A stretch of DNA of 64,000 bases from Treponemataceae bacterium (GTDB lineage: Bacteria > Spirochaetota > Spirochaetia > Treponematales > Rectinemataceae): contig CAXXVZ010000003.1 of the NCBI GenBank assembly GCA_963678065.2, forward strand, positions 2,144,001-2,208,000, in the 5' to 3' direction. Made by a program: the position numbers and the translations under genes. Numbering within the stretch: position 1 is the first letter of the stretch; every line of letters begins with the position of its first letter. Of this stretch, positions 1 through 11,071 are shown one piece after another. Below the pieces are notes generated by a model. It worked only from the letters and a program-made list of their open reading frames with translations, was not told the origin of the DNA and ran no database searches.

Positions 1-532
1 CCAGGAGGGTTTTAGCCTCCCTGTCCGTTTTTGCGGTCGTAACGATCGCGATATTGAGACCCATTATCTTCTCGATCTTGTCGAAGTCGATCTCCGGAAA
101 GATAATCTGCTCGTTGAGTCCGAGCGAGTAGTTTCCGTGACCGTCAAAGGCATTGGGATTGACGCCCCTGAAGTCCTTTACGCGGGGAAGCGCGACATTC
201 ATGAGTCTGTCGAGGAATTCCCACATATAGTTTCCGCGGAGCGTGACGCGCGCACCGATTTCCTGTCCCTCGCGGATTTTAAAGGTCGCGATGGATTTCT
301 TCGCCTTGGTCTTTACCGCATGCTGGCCCGTGATGTGTCCGATGTCTTCGACAGCCGCGTCGAGAATTTTTTTGTTCTCTTTCGCTTCTCCGACGCCCAT
401 CGACACGACGACCTTCACGAACCTGGGCACCTGCATCATGGAAGTGTAGCCCAGCTCCTTGAAGAGCTCGGGAGCGATAGTTTCTCCGTATACTTTCTTG
501 AGCCGGGGAACGGTATTCTTCTTCTCGGCCAT
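1..532 (-). CDS. rplE: 50S ribosomal protein L5 (3' end truncated by the window edge)
   Basis: Translated by hand from ATG at 532: [13 protein letters not shown]...[17 protein letters not shown]...LPRVKDFRG...[21 protein letters not shown]; follows rplX. Confidence 0.97.
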   Translation of the reverse strand, partial: MAEKKNTVPRLKKVYGETIAPELFKELGYTSMMQVPRFVKVVVSMGVGEAKENKKILDAAVEDIGHITGQHAVKTKAKKSIATFKIREGQEIGARVTLRGNYMWEFLDRLMNVALPRVKDFRGVNPNAFDGHGNYSLGLNEQIIFPEIDFDKIEKIMGLNIAIVTTAKTDREAKTLL

Positions 533-533
533 A

Positions 534-851
534 TCAGATGACCTCCCCGCACTTGCGGCAGACACGCTTCTTGACATCGCCATCGAGCTTGTAGCCCAAC
601 CGGACGGGTCCGCACTTCTTGCAGACAATCATGATGTTGGAAAGATCGATCGAAGCTTCGATCTCGGCAATGCCACCACGATCGGTCTGCTTTCGCTTCT
701 TCATGGCCTTTTTGACCATGTTGACGCCGGCCACGATCGCACGACCCTTATCGGTGTCGACCTTGACGATCTTCCCCTGCTTTCCCTTGTCCTTGCCGGC
801 TATGACCTGGACGAGGTCCTCCTTTCGGAGCTTATACTTGATCTCGGCCAT
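534..851 (-). CDS. rplX: 50S ribosomal protein L24
   Basis: KOW motif [13 protein letters not shown]; spc operon position. Confidence 0.97.
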   Translation of the reverse strand: MAEIKYKLRKEDLVQVIAGKDKGKQGKIVKVDTDKGRAIVAGVNMVKKAMKKRKQTDRGGIAEIEASIDLSNIMIVCKKCGPVRLGYKLDGDVKKRVCRKCGEVI

Positions 852-862
852 CCCCTGACTCC

Positions 863-1231
863 TTACAGGACCTCGGGCGCGAGGGATACAATTTTCATGT
901 AATCCTTCTCACGGAGCTCGCGAGCTACCGGCCCGAAAATGCGCTTCCCCTTGGGATTCTTGTTCGCATCGATGATGACGCATGCGTTGTCGTCGAAACG
1001 AATGTATGTTCCGTCCGGGCGGCGATATTCCTTGTGCGTGCGCACAACGACCGCTTTTTCGATAGTTCCCTTCTTGATCGCGGAGTTGGCAATGGTCGTC
1101 TTTATCGCAACGACGATGATATCGCCTATCCTCGCATATCTTCTGTGGGTGCCACCGAGAACCTTGATAACCTGAACCGTTTTGGCTCCGGAATTGTCGG
1201 CGACGACCAGTTTTGATTCAACTTGTACCAT
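863..1231 (-). CDS. rplN: 50S ribosomal protein L14
   Basis: VADNSGAK...[11 protein letters not shown]...[11 protein letters not shown]...SLAPEVL. Confidence 0.99.
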   Translation of the reverse strand: MVQVESKLVVADNSGAKTVQVIKVLGGTHRRYARIGDIIVVAIKTTIANSAIKKGTIEKAVVVRTHKEYRRPDGTYIRFDDNACVIIDANKNPKGKRIFGPVARELREKDYMKIVSLAPEVL

Positions 1232-1249
1232 ATCTGTATCCCCGTCGCC

Positions 1250-1522
1250 TTATTTCGCTCTCTCGACGATTTCCGCCAGACGCCAGCGCTTGTCGCGCGA
1301 AAGCGGGCGGCACTCGACCACACGGACGGTGTCGCCGATGTGGGCCTGATTGGTCTCGTCGTGAGCCTTGATCTTCTTGGACCTGTTCACGTACTTCTTG
1401 TAGAGAGGGTGCAGCTTCCGCATCATGATCTCGACGACAATAGTTTTGGACATCTTGTCGCTGACCACGATCCCCTGAAGTTCCTGCCGGCCCTTCACTT
1501 CTTTCTGAACGTCGTTTTCCAC
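1250..1522 (-). CDS. rpsQ: 30S ribosomal protein S17
   Basis: [14 protein letters not shown]...HPLYKK...AHDE...[14 protein letters not shown] start preceded by GAGGAG. Confidence 0.98.
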   Translation of the reverse strand: MENDVQKEVKGRQELQGIVVSDKMSKTIVVEIMMRKLHPLYKKYVNRSKKIKAHDETNQAHIGDTVRVVECRPLSRDKRWRLAEIVERAK

Positions 1523-1537
1523 GTTCGTCTCCTCGGA

Positions 1538-1735
1538 CTAGCGCGCCAACCCGGCGGCTTGCTGACGGATGAGGGTCTCGACCCGGGCGATCTGGCGCCT
1601 GATATTACGCTTCTGGAGGGGGTTTTCCACGTGGCCAACCACCATCTGGAAGCGCAGGTCGAAATATTTCTTCTTGAGCTCTTCCCTTTTCAGGATGAGC
1701 TCTTCATGCTTGAGCTCTTTGAATGAGTTCTTCAT
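1538..1735 (-). CDS. rpmC: 50S ribosomal protein L29
   Basis: MKNSFKELK...FDLRFQ...ENP...RRQIARVET; start trimmed to ATG 1735; lies between rplP and rpsQ. Confidence 0.95.
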   Translation of the reverse strand: MKNSFKELKHEELILKREELKKKYFDLRFQMVVGHVENPLQKRNIRRQIARVETLIRQQAAGLAR

Positions 1736-1739
1736 TTCC

Positions 1740-2156
1740 TCACTCCGTTTCCGCGCGGAGCGCGAACTTTGTCTTGACGGGAAGCTTGGAACCCGCAAGG
1801 CGCATGGCCTCTTCGGCCACTTTGGCTTCTACGCCGGACAGCTCGAAGAGCACGGTCCCGGGACGGACTACGGCGACCCAATACTCGAGCGCTCCCTTTC
1901 CTTTACCCATGCGGGTTTCCGCAGGCTTCTTGCTGTAGGGCTTGTCAGGGAAAATTCGGATCCAGAGCTTTCCGCCGCGCTTTATGTACCTATTGAGGGC
2001 CACGCGCGCCGCTTCGATCTGCCTGTTGGTCAGCCATTCGGGCTCGAGACAGACCAAACCGTATTCACCGAAGGCGATAGTATCGCCGGTGTGGGCATTG
2101 CCATGAACTCTTCCGCGCTGCTGCTTGCGGTATTTTACTCTCTTGGGACTCAGCAT
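1740..2156 (-). CDS. rplP: 50S ribosomal protein L16
   Basis: [15 protein letters not shown]...WIRIFPDKP...RMGKGKG. Confidence 0.99.
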   Translation of the reverse strand: MLSPKRVKYRKQQRGRVHGNAHTGDTIAFGEYGLVCLEPEWLTNRQIEAARVALNRYIKRGGKLWIRIFPDKPYSKKPAETRMGKGKGALEYWVAVVRPGTVLFELSGVEAKVAEEAMRLAGSKLPVKTKFALRAETE

Positions 2157-2159
2157 GAT

Positions 2160-2933
2160 TTAGCTCCTCGCCCTCGCCTCAAACGGGCGTCCTTCGCCGC
2201 GGGGCGGGCGCCTGTCCGGGCGATCTCCGCGTTCAGGGCGATCATCGTGATCGCGGCGCTGCTTGCGGACAAGGGTACCGGCATCTTCGTTTTTGTCGCT
2301 TCGGTAGACCATCCCCTGGTAAATCCACACTTTGACGCCAATCTTGCCGAAGGTAGTGGAAGATTCGGCAAAGCCGTAATCGATATCGGCCCTGAGCGTG
2401 TGAAGAGGAACGCGTCCGTCCTTGTGCTGCTCCGTCCTGGACATGTCAGCGCCACCGAGGCGGCCGGAGACGCGGATCTTGCAACCCTGTGCACCGCCCT
2501 TCATGGCATTCGCGACAGCCATTTTAATCGCCTTGCGGAAAGAACCGCGGTTCTCAAGCTGGCGAGCGATGGATTGTGCCACAACCTGTGCATTTGTGTC
2601 CGTCTTCTTGATCTCTTTGATCTTGATCTGGACTTTTTTGGTCGCGACCTTCTGAAGCTCGGCACCGATCTTCTCGATGTTGGCACCCTTCACGCCGATG
2701 AGGACTCCGGGACGGGCAGTGTGGATAACTACCGTGACCCGCTGGGGGTGGCGAACAATCTCGATTTCGGCAATCTCGGAACCCTTGGTTTCAGGGAGTT
2801 CGTTGATCCGCCTGCGGATCGCGAGGTCCTCATGGAGAGTCTTGGCATAGTCGCGCGGGTCGACGTACCAGCGGGACTTCCAGTCCTTGTTAATCCCTAA
2901 TCGTAATCCGATAGGATTTACTTTCTGGCCCAC
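2160..2933 (-). CDS. rpsC: 30S ribosomal protein S3
   Basis: [13 protein letters not shown]...GRLGGA...[14 protein letters not shown]; charged low-complexity C-terminal tail. Confidence 0.99.
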   Translation of the reverse strand: MGQKVNPIGLRLGINKDWKSRWYVDPRDYAKTLHEDLAIRRRINELPETKGSEIAEIEIVRHPQRVTVVIHTARPGVLIGVKGANIEKIGAELQKVATKKVQIKIKEIKKTDTNAQVVAQSIARQLENRGSFRKAIKMAVANAMKGGAQGCKIRVSGRLGGADMSRTEQHKDGRVPLHTLRADIDYGFAESSTTFGKIGVKVWIYQGMVYRSDKNEDAGTLVRKQRRDHDDRPERGDRPDRRPPRGEGRPFEARARS

Positions 2934-2934
2934 G

Positions 2935-3300
2935 TTACGCCTCCACCTTTCCGATCTCGTCGATTACGCACGTGATGTGAGACATCCGTTTAATTAGCAT
3001 GTCGGCGCGCCCGCGGGCACGGAACCAGACACGCTTCATGCGCGGACCTTCGTCGATTCTCAGCTCTTTGACGTAGAGCATGTCCTCCGCCAGCTTGCGG
3101 TTCTGGCTAAGGGCGTTGGACGCCGCGGAAACCACGACTTTCTTGATAAGCCTGGCTCCCTTGTTCGGCGTGTTGTCAAGGATGGCGATGGCCTCTGCGT
3201 AGGGCTTCGTCCTGACAAGATCCGCCACAGGGCGAACCTTTGAGGGTGAAGCGATAAGCCATTTGGCCGTCGCGCGGTAACCGGTCTTGGTTGCTGCCAT
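2935..3300 (-). CDS. rplV: 50S ribosomal protein L22
   Basis: [13 protein letters not shown]...DEGPRMKR...RARGRA...SHIT; start trimmed to ATG 3300. Confidence 0.97.
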   Translation of the reverse strand: MAATKTGYRATAKWLIASPSKVRPVADLVRTKPYAEAIAILDNTPNKGARLIKKVVVSAASNALSQNRKLAEDMLYVKELRIDEGPRMKRVWFRARGRADMLIKRMSHITCVIDEIGKVEA

Positions 3301-3308
3301 TATCGCGC

Positions 3309-3590
3309 CTACCTCTTCTCGGCCTTCTTGTCGCTGCCCGCATGACCGCGGAAAACCCGCGTGGGCGCGAACTCGCCAAGCTTGTGACCGACGAGATTCT
3401 CGGTCACATAGACCGGGACCCAAGTCTTGCCGTTGTAAACCGAAATAGTCTGACTGACCATCTCGGGAATGATGGTGGAAGTGCGGGAGTAGGTTTTCAC
3501 CATCTTCTTATCTCCCGCCTTGTTCATCTCAATAACCTTCTTGTACAGGCTCTTCTCGATGAAGGGCCCCTTTTTTACGGACCTTGACAC
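3309..3590 (-). CDS. rpsS: 30S ribosomal protein S19
   Basis: [10 protein letters not shown]...[11 protein letters not shown]. Confidence 0.99.
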   Translation of the reverse strand: MSRSVKKGPFIEKSLYKKVIEMNKAGDKKMVKTYSRTSTIIPEMVSQTISVYNGKTWVPVYVTENLVGHKLGEFAPTRVFRGHAGSDKKAEKR

Positions 3591-3604
3591 AGTTCGCTCC
3601 TATC

Positions 3605-4435
3605 TCACTTACGGCGCTTGACGATGAAGCGGCTGGACGGCTTGTGCACATCGCGCGTCTTGTAGCCCTTCGCCGGCTGGCCCCACGGGGAGACCGGCTG
3701 CTTGAAGCCCTTGCCACGTCCCTCTCCACCTCCGTGCGGGTGGTCGACCGGGTTCATGACGGTTCCGCGAACGGTGGGTCTGATTCCGAGCCAGCGGTTG
3801 CGTCCCGCCTTTCCGATCCGTTCGTTCATGTGCTCTTCGTTTCCGACGGCGCCGATGGTGGCCATGCACTTCTTGAACACCATGCGGAGTTCCCCGGAGG
3901 GGAGCTTGAGCACGACATAATCGCCCTCTTTGGCCGCGATGAGGGCACTTGCGCCTGCGGAGCGGGCGAGCTGCCCACCCTTGCCGAGGGTGAGTTCCAC
4001 GTTGTGGACCGTGAGACCGACGGGGATGAACTCGAGCGGCAGAGCGTTGCCCGGCTCGATGGCTGCATCGGGACCGGACACTATCTTCTTGCCAACGACG
4101 AGGTCTTTCGGAGCGATAATGTAGCGCTTCTCTCCGTCTGCATAGATGATGAGCGCAATGTTCGAACTCCGGTTGGGATCGTACTCTATGGCAGTGACGA
4201 TCCCGGGGATTCCCGTCTTATCGCGCTTGAAGTCGATGTCGCGATAGCGGCGTTTATGACCGCCACCATGGTGCCGCACGGAGATGCGCCCATTGGACGC
4301 ACGACCACCAGTGCTCGACTTACCCTTCGTAAGAGATTTTTCGGGCATGCTCTTATTGGTGGTGATCTCATCGTTCACCACCTGCACGCGATGCCGGAGG
4401 CCGGGCGTGATAGGCCTGAAAGTCTTTATACCCAT
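3605..4435 (-). CDS. rplB: 50S ribosomal protein L2
   Basis: EYDPNRS...[13 protein letters not shown]. Confidence 0.99.
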   Translation of the reverse strand: MGIKTFRPITPGLRHRVQVVNDEITTNKSMPEKSLTKGKSSTGGRASNGRISVRHHGGGHKRRYRDIDFKRDKTGIPGIVTAIEYDPNRSSNIALIIYADGEKRYIIAPKDLVVGKKIVSGPDAAIEPGNALPLEFIPVGLTVHNVELTLGKGGQLARSAGASALIAAKEGDYVVLKLPSGELRMVFKKCMATIGAVGNEEHMNERIGKAGRNRWLGIRPTVRGTVMNPVDHPHGGGEGRGKGFKQPVSPWGQPAKGYKTRDVHKPSSRFIVKRRK

Positions 4436-4450
4436 AATTTCCCCTTACGC

Positions 4451-4735
4451 TTATGCGCCCTCGAAGATCTTGATCGTCTCTCCGGCCCGGAGGCGGACGA
4501 TCGCCTTCTTCCACTCGGCTGTCTTGCCGGGGCGACCCCGCAGCCGCTTGGGCTTGGATGTCACATTGATTACGTTGCAGGAAACCGGATGCACATTGAA
4601 CATCCTGCGCACAGCCTCCATTATCTGGATTTTTCCCGCGCGGGGATCAACCCTGAATGTATACTGTCCAAGTTCCCTGATGACATTGCTCTTTTCCGTG
4701 AGCACGGGTTCGATCAGAATCGAATCGTATTCCAT
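4451..4735 (-). CDS. rplW: 50S ribosomal protein L23
   Basis: PVLTEKS...WKKAIVRL. Confidence 0.98.
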   Translation of the reverse strand: MEYDSILIEPVLTEKSNVIRELGQYTFRVDPRAGKIQIMEAVRRMFNVHPVSCNVINVTSKPKRLRGRPGKTAEWKKAIVRLRAGETIKIFEGA

Positions 4736-4746
4736 ATTCCGGCTCC

Positions 4747-5382
4747 TTACTTGTCCGCGTAGAACTCGTTGAGTTCATTGGCGGCCGAGGCGAGGACAAT
4801 CACTTTCCGGCCGTAGAAGAGATCGTGCGCCCTCAACCTGTTGAATGACAGGAAGCTGAGCCAGGGAAGATTCCTTCCAGCGCGCTTTATCCGGGCATCG
4901 TCATCTTTGAGGATGACGACAGTGCGCTGAGGATTCGCCTGATCGACAAATGAAGCGAGTTTCGCGGCGAGATCCTTGGTCTTCCCGGACTCTACCGTGA
5001 AATCCTCGACAACGGTCATGGTGCCATTCTGTGCCTTGAGACTCAGAATCGTCTTCAGGGCGAGCCTCTTGGCCTTGCGGGGCATCTGATAGGAGTAATC
5101 CCTGGGCTTGGGGCCAAAGCTGATACCTCCGCCGACGTAAACGTTGGACTTGGTATCGCCGTGGCGCGCACGGCCGGTGCCTTTCTGGCTGTACGGCCTG
5201 CGGTTGGTGCCATGAACTTCTCCGCGATCTTTCGTGCAGGCAGTGCCGACGCGGGCATTCGCGAGTTCGTTGTTGATCGCATAGTAGATAACATCTTCAT
5301 TAATGGGGAGACCGAATACGGCTTCGGAAAGCTCAACAGTCCCGAGCTCCTTCCCCTGCAAGGAAATTATTTTCCTTTCCAT
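4747..5382 (-). CDS. rplD: 50S ribosomal protein L4
   Basis: QKGTGRARHG...GGGISFGPKPRDY; start trimmed to ATG 5382 (GGAGG SD). Confidence 0.97.
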   Translation of the reverse strand: MERKIISLQGKELGTVELSEAVFGLPINEDVIYYAINNELANARVGTACTKDRGEVHGTNRRPYSQKGTGRARHGDTKSNVYVGGGISFGPKPRDYSYQMPRKAKRLALKTILSLKAQNGTMTVVEDFTVESGKTKDLAAKLASFVDQANPQRTVVILKDDDARIKRAGRNLPWLSFLSFNRLRAHDLFYGRKVIVLASAANELNEFYADK

Positions 5383-5396
5383 TGGGTCCTCCGCCT

Positions 5397-6020
5397 TCAG
5401 CTCTTCTTGACGGCGCTGCGCACGACAACGTCGCAATTGCGCGGACCGGGAACGGCACCGCGAATCAGAATACAACCCTTTTCGGCGTCCACGCGGACAA
5501 CCCTGAGGTTCTGAACAGTCACCTTCTCGCGGCCCATGCGCCCGGGAAGCTTGACATTCTTGAAAGTGCGATGAGGCCAGGTACTCTGTCCGGTGGAACC
5601 AGGTTCACGATGAAACTTGGAACCGTGAGTGGCACGTCCGCCTCCGAATTTCCAGCGTTTTACGACGCCCTGAAAACCCTTTCCCTTTGAGGTAGCCGTT
5701 ACGTCGACATAGCGGATTCCCTCGAGGGTCGCGACATCGAGGCTATCGCCGACAGCAACTTCCTTCTCAAAATCCCGCAGCTCCTTAAGTATCCTTTTGG
5801 GAATTACAGGCTGGGGAAACTGTCCCGCGTAGGGCTTGGTAATCTGCACTTTCTTCTTGTCATACACACCGAGAACGACGGCGTTGTATCCATCCTTGTC
5901 GGCCACTTTTTTCCCGACAACGACGTTCGGCGCAATCTGCACCACCGTCACCGGTATGAGTTTCCCGGTCTGGTCAAAGACCTGGGTCATACCGACCTTC
6001 TTTCCGATAAGTCCGATCAT
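5397..6020 (-). CDS. rplC: 50S ribosomal protein L3
   Basis: GKKVGMTQVF...SKGKGFQGVVKRW...HREPGS...GAVPG. Confidence 0.99.
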   Translation of the reverse strand: MIGLIGKKVGMTQVFDQTGKLIPVTVVQIAPNVVVGKKVADKDGYNAVVLGVYDKKKVQITKPYAGQFPQPVIPKRILKELRDFEKEVAVGDSLDVATLEGIRYVDVTATSKGKGFQGVVKRWKFGGGRATHGSKFHREPGSTGQSTWPHRTFKNVKLPGRMGREKVTVQNLRVVRVDAEKGCILIRGAVPGPRNCDVVVRSAVKKS

Positions 6021-6095
6021 TCGGCACTCCTAGCGTTGAACGGTCCAGGCACAAAGCCCGATCGTTTACTGCTGACAAAACAACAAGCGAAAAGC

Positions 6096-6401
6096 TTACT
6101 GTTTGATCTCTACATCCACACCTGCAGGAAGCTCAAGCTTCATGAGAGCGTCCATGACATCCGGCGTAGGATCGATGATATCGATCAGACGCTTATGGGT
6201 CCTCATCTCGAACTGCTCACGCGATTTCTTATGAACATGCGGTGAACGCAGTACGGTGATCTTGTTGATGCGCGTAGGAAGCGGTATCGGTCCCGAAACC
6301 TTGGCACCCGCCTTCTGAACGGTCTGAACAATACCACGGGCGCTGTCGTCGATAAGACGCACATCAAACCCTCTGAGCCTGACGCGAATTCTGTCCTTCA
6401 T
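6096..6401 (-). CDS. rpsJ: 30S ribosomal protein S10
   Basis: GPIPLPT...[22 protein letters not shown]; start ATG 6401 after GGAGG. Confidence 0.98.
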   Translation of the reverse strand: MKDRIRVRLRGFDVRLIDDSARGIVQTVQKAGAKVSGPIPLPTRINKITVLRSPHVHKKSREQFEMRTHKRLIDIIDPTPDVMDALMKLELPAGVDVEIKQ

Positions 6402-6550
6402 GTGTCCTCCAAAGATCTCTTGCACAGGCATCGGTTGATCGTACCCGGGAGGGCGCATCATCCAATCACAATGCCGCAGGACCTTAGGGAGGCCCTGCCA
6501 CTATCAGTGCGGAACCCCCTTGCGGGGGTTCCACCAAAGAAACAGCTACG

Positions 6551-7741
6551 TTATGCGATGATCTCGGTAACCTGTCCGGAAGCCACAGTGCGTCCACCCT
6601 CACGGATGGCGAACTTGAGCCCCTTCTCCATGGCGATTGGATAGATCAGCTCGACAATGATCTCCGTGTTATCGCCAGGCATGACCATCTCCTTGCCCTC
6701 GGGAAGAGTGACAGTTCCAGTGATGTCCGTCGTGCGGAAGAAGAACTGGGGCCTGTAGCCAGCAAAGAACGGGCTATGGCGTCCACCTTCTTTCTGATCA
6801 AGGCAGTAGATCTGACCCCTGAACTTGGCATGAGGCGTGATTGAGCCGGGTTTTGCAAGAACCTGCCCGCGCTCGACTTCCTTCTTATCCACACCCCGAA
6901 GAAGAGTTCCGACGTTATCGCCGGCCTGACCTTCATCGAGAAGCTTGTTGAACATCTCGACGCCCGTGACGACCGTCGCGCGCGTCGGCTTGATACCGAC
7001 GACCTCGACGTTGTCGTTTACATGGATAATACCGCGCTCGATACGGCCAGTGACGACAGTTCCACGTCCGGAGATGGAGAAGACGTCCTCAATGGGCATC
7101 AGGAAGGGCTTGTCGGTAACACGCTCGGGGTCAGGGAAGAAGGTATCCATAGCATCGAGGAGTTCCTGAATGCACTTGGTCGCCTCGGGATTGTCGGGCT
7201 CAGAGAGGGCTTTAAATGCCGCACCCTTGATGATCGGGGTCGTGCTTCCAGGGAACTTCTGAAAGGTAAGAAGATCGCGAACCTCTTCCTCGACAAGCTC
7301 GACAAGCTCAGGATCATCGACGAGGTCAACCTTGTTCAGGAAGACAAGAATCGAAGGAACGCCGACCTGGCGGGCAAGAAGGACATGCTCGCGAGTCTGT
7401 GGCATGACAGAGTCGGGAGCCGAAACAACGAGAATGGCACCATCCATCTGCGCGGCGCCGGTGATCATGTTCTTGATGTAGTCGGCATGCCCGGGGCAGT
7501 CGATGTGAGCGTAGTGGCGCTTTGCAGACTGATACTCGAGATGCCTGGTGTTGATGGTGATACCGCGAGCCTTCTCTTCAGGGGCGTTGTCGATGTCATC
7601 GAACTTCATCGCCTTGTCGCCGAACTTGCGCGAGCAGTACTGCGTGATGGCAGCGCTGAGCGTCGTCTTACCATGGTCGATGTGTCCGATGGTGCCAACG
7701 TTCATATGGGGCTTGGTCCGATCGAATTTTTCTTTAGCCAT
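6551..7741 (-). CDS. tuf: Elongation factor Tu
   Basis: [27 protein letters not shown]-terminal IREGGRTV; start MAKEKF at 7741. Confidence 0.99.
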   Translation of the reverse strand: MAKEKFDRTKPHMNVGTIGHIDHGKTTLSAAITQYCSRKFGDKAMKFDDIDNAPEEKARGITINTRHLEYQSAKRHYAHIDCPGHADYIKNMITGAAQMDGAILVVSAPDSVMPQTREHVLLARQVGVPSILVFLNKVDLVDDPELVELVEEEVRDLLTFQKFPGSTTPIIKGAAFKALSEPDNPEATKCIQELLDAMDTFFPDPERVTDKPFLMPIEDVFSISGRGTVVTGRIERGIIHVNDNVEVVGIKPTRATVVTGVEMFNKLLDEGQAGDNVGTLLRGVDKKEVERGQVLAKPGSITPHAKFRGQIYCLDQKEGGRHSPFFAGYRPQFFFRTTDITGTVTLPEGKEMVMPGDNTEIIVELIYPIAMEKGLKFAIREGGRTVASGQVTEIIA

Positions 7742-7796
7742 ATGCTTCTCCTCTTTGGCTTCGTATCGCCAAATATTTTCTTGGGTGGGCTTATGG

Positions 7797-7825
7797 ATTA
7801 TAAAGAAAGAGAACAGGCTGTGCAA
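7797..7825 (-). promoter_or_regulatory. Sigma70-type promoter for tuf
   Basis: TTGCAC (7825-7820), 17-nt spacer, TATAAT (7802-7797) on the minus strand, upstream of the tuf SD. Confidence 0.75.
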
Positions 7826-7901
7826 GTGGCACGAAGACCGATTCGAAGTCTATAATCACTTTTCCCAAGCTGACATACACTAGTTGATCGCGGGTTTTGT
7901 T

Positions 7902-10028
7902 TCAAGTCCCAGAAATGGAAGGCGGCGCGGGCTCGAATCTGAAAAACCGCGCCTGGAAGACGGCCCTGCCCTCAGTCGCCGACCGCAACTCCGTTGCGAA
8001 GCCGAAAAGGACCCGCATCGGGGCTGCCGCTGCTATGCTTTTCCCACCCTGGACATCGTCCACCGATTCCAGCCGCCCCCCCCTCGATGTGATGGCGGCG
8101 GCAGTCGCGCCAAAAAAGGCTTCGGGCACTTCGACCTCGACCCTCATCACCGGCTCCAGGAGAATACCCTTCGCGTGACTCGTACAGTATCGGCCACAGA
8201 GAGAAGCCGCAGCCTCAACTGCAACTTCGGCGAGGCGGCCCGAACCCGTCGGAACCTGGACATCGCGTATCGTTGCCCGGATGTCGTCGAGCGGGTGACC
8301 GGATACCGGCCCCGCCGAAAGTGCGGACGACAGACCCTTCCGCGCGGCTTCGATCCAGACAGCGGGTATCCTGAGACCCGGCGCAGCCTCGATGAGCATG
8401 CCAGATCCGCGGGGACCGGGTGCGAGTTCAGCCTCGACGGCAGTCCGCATCCTCTCGCCGCCGATATCCCTGTCGAATTCTTCGCGATGAGAGACTGCAA
8501 CAGTCAAGGTCTCCCGGTAGGCAACACGCGGATTCCCCGTCCTGATGCGCGCACCGTACTCGCGGGAGAGACGCTCGATAGCCACCTCGAGGTGAAGTTC
8601 GCCAAGGCCCGACAGTTCGTAACGCCCGGTCTGCGGGTCCTCGAAAACCCGGAGGGCGGAATCCTCCGCCACGAGGGCCTCGAGGGCTGATCCTATCTTG
8701 GCCGTGTCGGAAGCCGTGCGCGGCTCGATCACAACAGAAACCACCGGCTCGGGAACCCGCATGGACTCGTACAAAAGGGGATGTGCGGGGTCGCAGAGAG
8801 TCGCTCCGGAACCGCCTACGGAAGGAGCGCCGGAAAGCGAGAGGGCGACGATATCGCCGGCTGCGGCCTCCGGAGTCTCTTCCAGCTTGTCGGCCTGGAT
8901 GCTGAATATTTTTTTTGTGCGGACAATGACTTTGGATTGCGAGTCGAGGATGCGCCCGCCGGCCTGCAGACTGCCCGACCAGACTCTCGTCCAACAGAGC
9001 CTGCCGTTCTGTGGATCTGAACTTGTCTTGAATACGAGTGCTGAAAACGACTCATGGCGGTCCGGCCGCCTGCGGACCTTGCTCCCTGTTTTCGGTTCCA
9101 CTCCCTCAGGCGTGGCCGCCTCGAAAGGAGAGGGAAGAAAGTCTCTGACGGCATCGAGAAGAAGCATGGCGGGAAGATCCCTGAACGCTGTCCCACAGAG
9201 GGCCGGAACAAGGCTGAGGGATAGTGTCGCCCTCCTCAAAGCCACAAGAATCCTCTCCGGGGAGACCGTCGCTCCTGTCAGGAAGTCCTCCATGATGGAG
9301 AGATCGTGGTCGGCGAGTTTTTCGACAAGAAACGAGCGCAGTTTTTCGGCTCGAGGCAGAAGATCCTCCGGTATTGCGCACGGAAGCTCGGCTGGCGCGT
9401 CTCCTCTTTCTCGACCTGATGGCAAAGGCGGAAGGTCTTCGGAGAATCTGCGGGCGTCCATGCGGATGAGATCGATAATTCCCTTGAAGGACTCGCCCTC
9501 GCCCCAGGGCATCTGGACGGCCACGACACCCGGCTCTACGCCGGAACGGAGATCATCAAGAACAGACAGGAAATCAGCCCCCCTCCGGTCCATCTTGTTC
9601 ACGAATACGAGCCTTGGGAGACCGGATTTTGCGCAGGCCGCGATGAGCACCTCTGTCCTCGACTGGACCCCCGCGACACCGCAGACCGCCAGAACAGCGC
9701 CATCGAGGGCACGGATCGACCTGTCCACCTCGGCGCCGAAATCTACATGTCCGGGCGTATCGATGAGATGGATGAAACAGCCTTTCCAGCCAAGATTGAC
9801 CGAAGCGGCTTTGACGGTGATTCCCCTCTCCCGCTCAATATCGAGATAGTCGGTAGCCGTCGTGCCCTCATCGACACCCCCGGCTACGGGGCGGAGTCCG
9901 GCCACATGGAGCAGCCTTTCGGTGAGCGAGGTTTTTCCCGCATCGATGTGGGCGAGTATACCGATATTCCTGACGGCATCGAGAGGGGCAGAGCCTGAGT
10001 TTTCGGATCCGGAAGTTTCGGGAGCCAT
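7902..10028 (-). CDS. fusA: Divergent elongation factor G paralogue (EF-G2-like)
   Basis: RNIGILAHIDAGKTS, ERGIT, DTPGHVDF, NKMDR, GLGELHLE, LLEPVM; sits in the str position, but the domain IV loops are degenerate. Confidence 0.9.
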   Translation of the reverse strand: MAPETSGSENSGSAPLDAVRNIGILAHIDAGKTSLTERLLHVAGLRPVAGGVDEGTTATDYLDIERERGITVKAASVNLGWKGCFIHLIDTPGHVDFGAEVDRSIRALDGAVLAVCGVAGVQSRTEVLIAACAKSGLPRLVFVNKMDRRGADFLSVLDDLRSGVEPGVVAVQMPWGEGESFKGIIDLIRMDARRFSEDLPPLPSGRERGDAPAELPCAIPEDLLPRAEKLRSFLVEKLADHDLSIMEDFLTGATVSPERILVALRRATLSLSLVPALCGTAFRDLPAMLLLDAVRDFLPSPFEAATPEGVEPKTGSKVRRRPDRHESFSALVFKTSSDPQNGRLCWTRVWSGSLQAGGRILDSQSKVIVRTKKIFSIQADKLEETPEAAAGDIVALSLSGAPSVGGSGATLCDPAHPLLYESMRVPEPVVSVVIEPRTASDTAKIGSALEALVAEDSALRVFEDPQTGRYELSGLGELHLEVAIERLSREYGARIRTGNPRVAYRETLTVAVSHREEFDRDIGGERMRTAVEAELAPGPRGSGMLIEAAPGLRIPAVWIEAARKGLSSALSAGPVSGHPLDDIRATIRDVQVPTGSGRLAEVAVEAAASLCGRYCTSHAKGILLEPVMRVEVEVPEAFFGATAAAITSRGGRLESVDDVQGGKSIAAAAPMRVLFGFATELRSATEGRAVFQARFFRFEPAPPSISGT

Positions 10029-10056
10029 AATAAGGCTGATTATCCTTCATGCCCGA

Positions 10057-10093
10057 ATAAAAAAGAACCCCGTCCGGAAAGGACGAGGTTCTT
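10057..10093 (-). terminator. Intrinsic terminator after rpsL-rpsG
   Basis: Minus strand AAGAACCTCGTCC-TTTCC-GGACGGGGTTCTT running into a T-tract (TTTTTTAT). Confidence 0.75.
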
Positions 10094-10213
10094 CTCGACT
10101 AACAAGCGGCAGCATCGTAGATGAACGGATGATCCGGTTCATCTTCCTTGCCAACAGCCCTCACAGGCCTTCTTGGCCGATGCGCGACTGCCAGCGTCCG
10201 GGCGATTTCGACC

Positions 10214-10684
10214 TTACCACCTGTAATGGGCGAAAGCCTTATTGGCTTCGGCCATCTTGTGGGTGTCTTCCTTTTTCTTGACCGCCGTGCCGGTATTGTT
10301 GTAGGCGTCCATGAGCTCGTCGGCGAGCTTGTCCGCCATGGCCTTCCCGGAACGGGCGCGCGTGGCGTTGATGATCCAGCGCATCGCGAGGGCTTCCCTG
10401 CGGATATCGCGGATCTCGATGGGCACCTGATAGGTGGCGCCGCCGACGCGGCGGGATTTTACCTCGACGACGGGCTTGGCGTTGTCGAGAGCCTTGTTGA
10501 ATACGTCGAGGGCGGGAACTCCGGCCTTTTTCTGGAGAATCTCCATCGCGTCGTACACGATGCGCGTGCAAATGGATTTTTTGCCCTGCATCATCATCCG
10601 GCAGACGAATTTGGTTAGGATTACGGAATTGTACTTGGTGTCAGGCAAATGACCCCTGTCGATTGTCTTCTTCTTGCGACCCAT
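10214..10684 (-). CDS. rpsG: 30S ribosomal protein S7
   Basis: [15 protein letters not shown]...[15 protein letters not shown]. Confidence 0.99.
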   Translation of the reverse strand: MGRKKKTIDRGHLPDTKYNSVILTKFVCRMMMQGKKSICTRIVYDAMEILQKKAGVPALDVFNKALDNAKPVVEVKSRRVGGATYQVPIEIRDIRREALAMRWIINATRARSGKAMADKLADELMDAYNNTGTAVKKKEDTHKMAEANKAFAHYRW

Positions 10685-10696
10685 ATTCTGCGCTCC

Positions 10697-11071
10697 TTAT
10701 GCCTTCGGTCTCTTGGCACCGTACTTGGAGCGTGCCTTCTTGCGGTCTTCTACGCCGAGGGTATCCTTGGCTCCGCGGACAATATGGTAGCGCACACCGG
10801 GGAGATCCTTGACACGGCCTCCGCGGATAAGAACCACCGAGTGCTCCTGGAGATTGTGCCCGACTCCGGGAATGTACGCGGTGACTTCGATGCTATTGGA
10901 CAACCTGACGCGGGCTACCTTGCGGAGGGCCGAGTTCGGTTTCTTGGGCGTGACTGTCATGACACGCGTGCAGACACCACGGCGCTGAGGACATTCCTGC
11001 AGGGCGGGGGCTTTAGTCCGCCATACATTGCTTTTGCGACCGAGGCGGATGAGCTGGTTGATCGTCGGCAT
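10697..11071 (-). CDS. rpsL: 30S ribosomal protein S12
   Basis: MPTINQL...[11 protein letters not shown]...[12 protein letters not shown]; start trimmed to ATG 11071. Confidence 0.99.
   Translation of the reverse strand: MPTINQLIRLGRKSNVWRTKAPALQECPQRRGVCTRVMTVTPKKPNSALRKVARVRLSNSIEVTAYIPGVGHNLQEHSVVLIRGGRVKDLPGVRYHIVRGAKDTLGVEDRKKARSKYGAKRPKA

Noticed and set aside
2160..2260. Repetitive DRP/RG tail of S3
   Set aside because: Low-complexity charged tails on S3 are common.
10697..11071. Streptomycin-resistance alleles in rpsL
   Set aside because: TPKKPNS and RVKDLPG are wild type.
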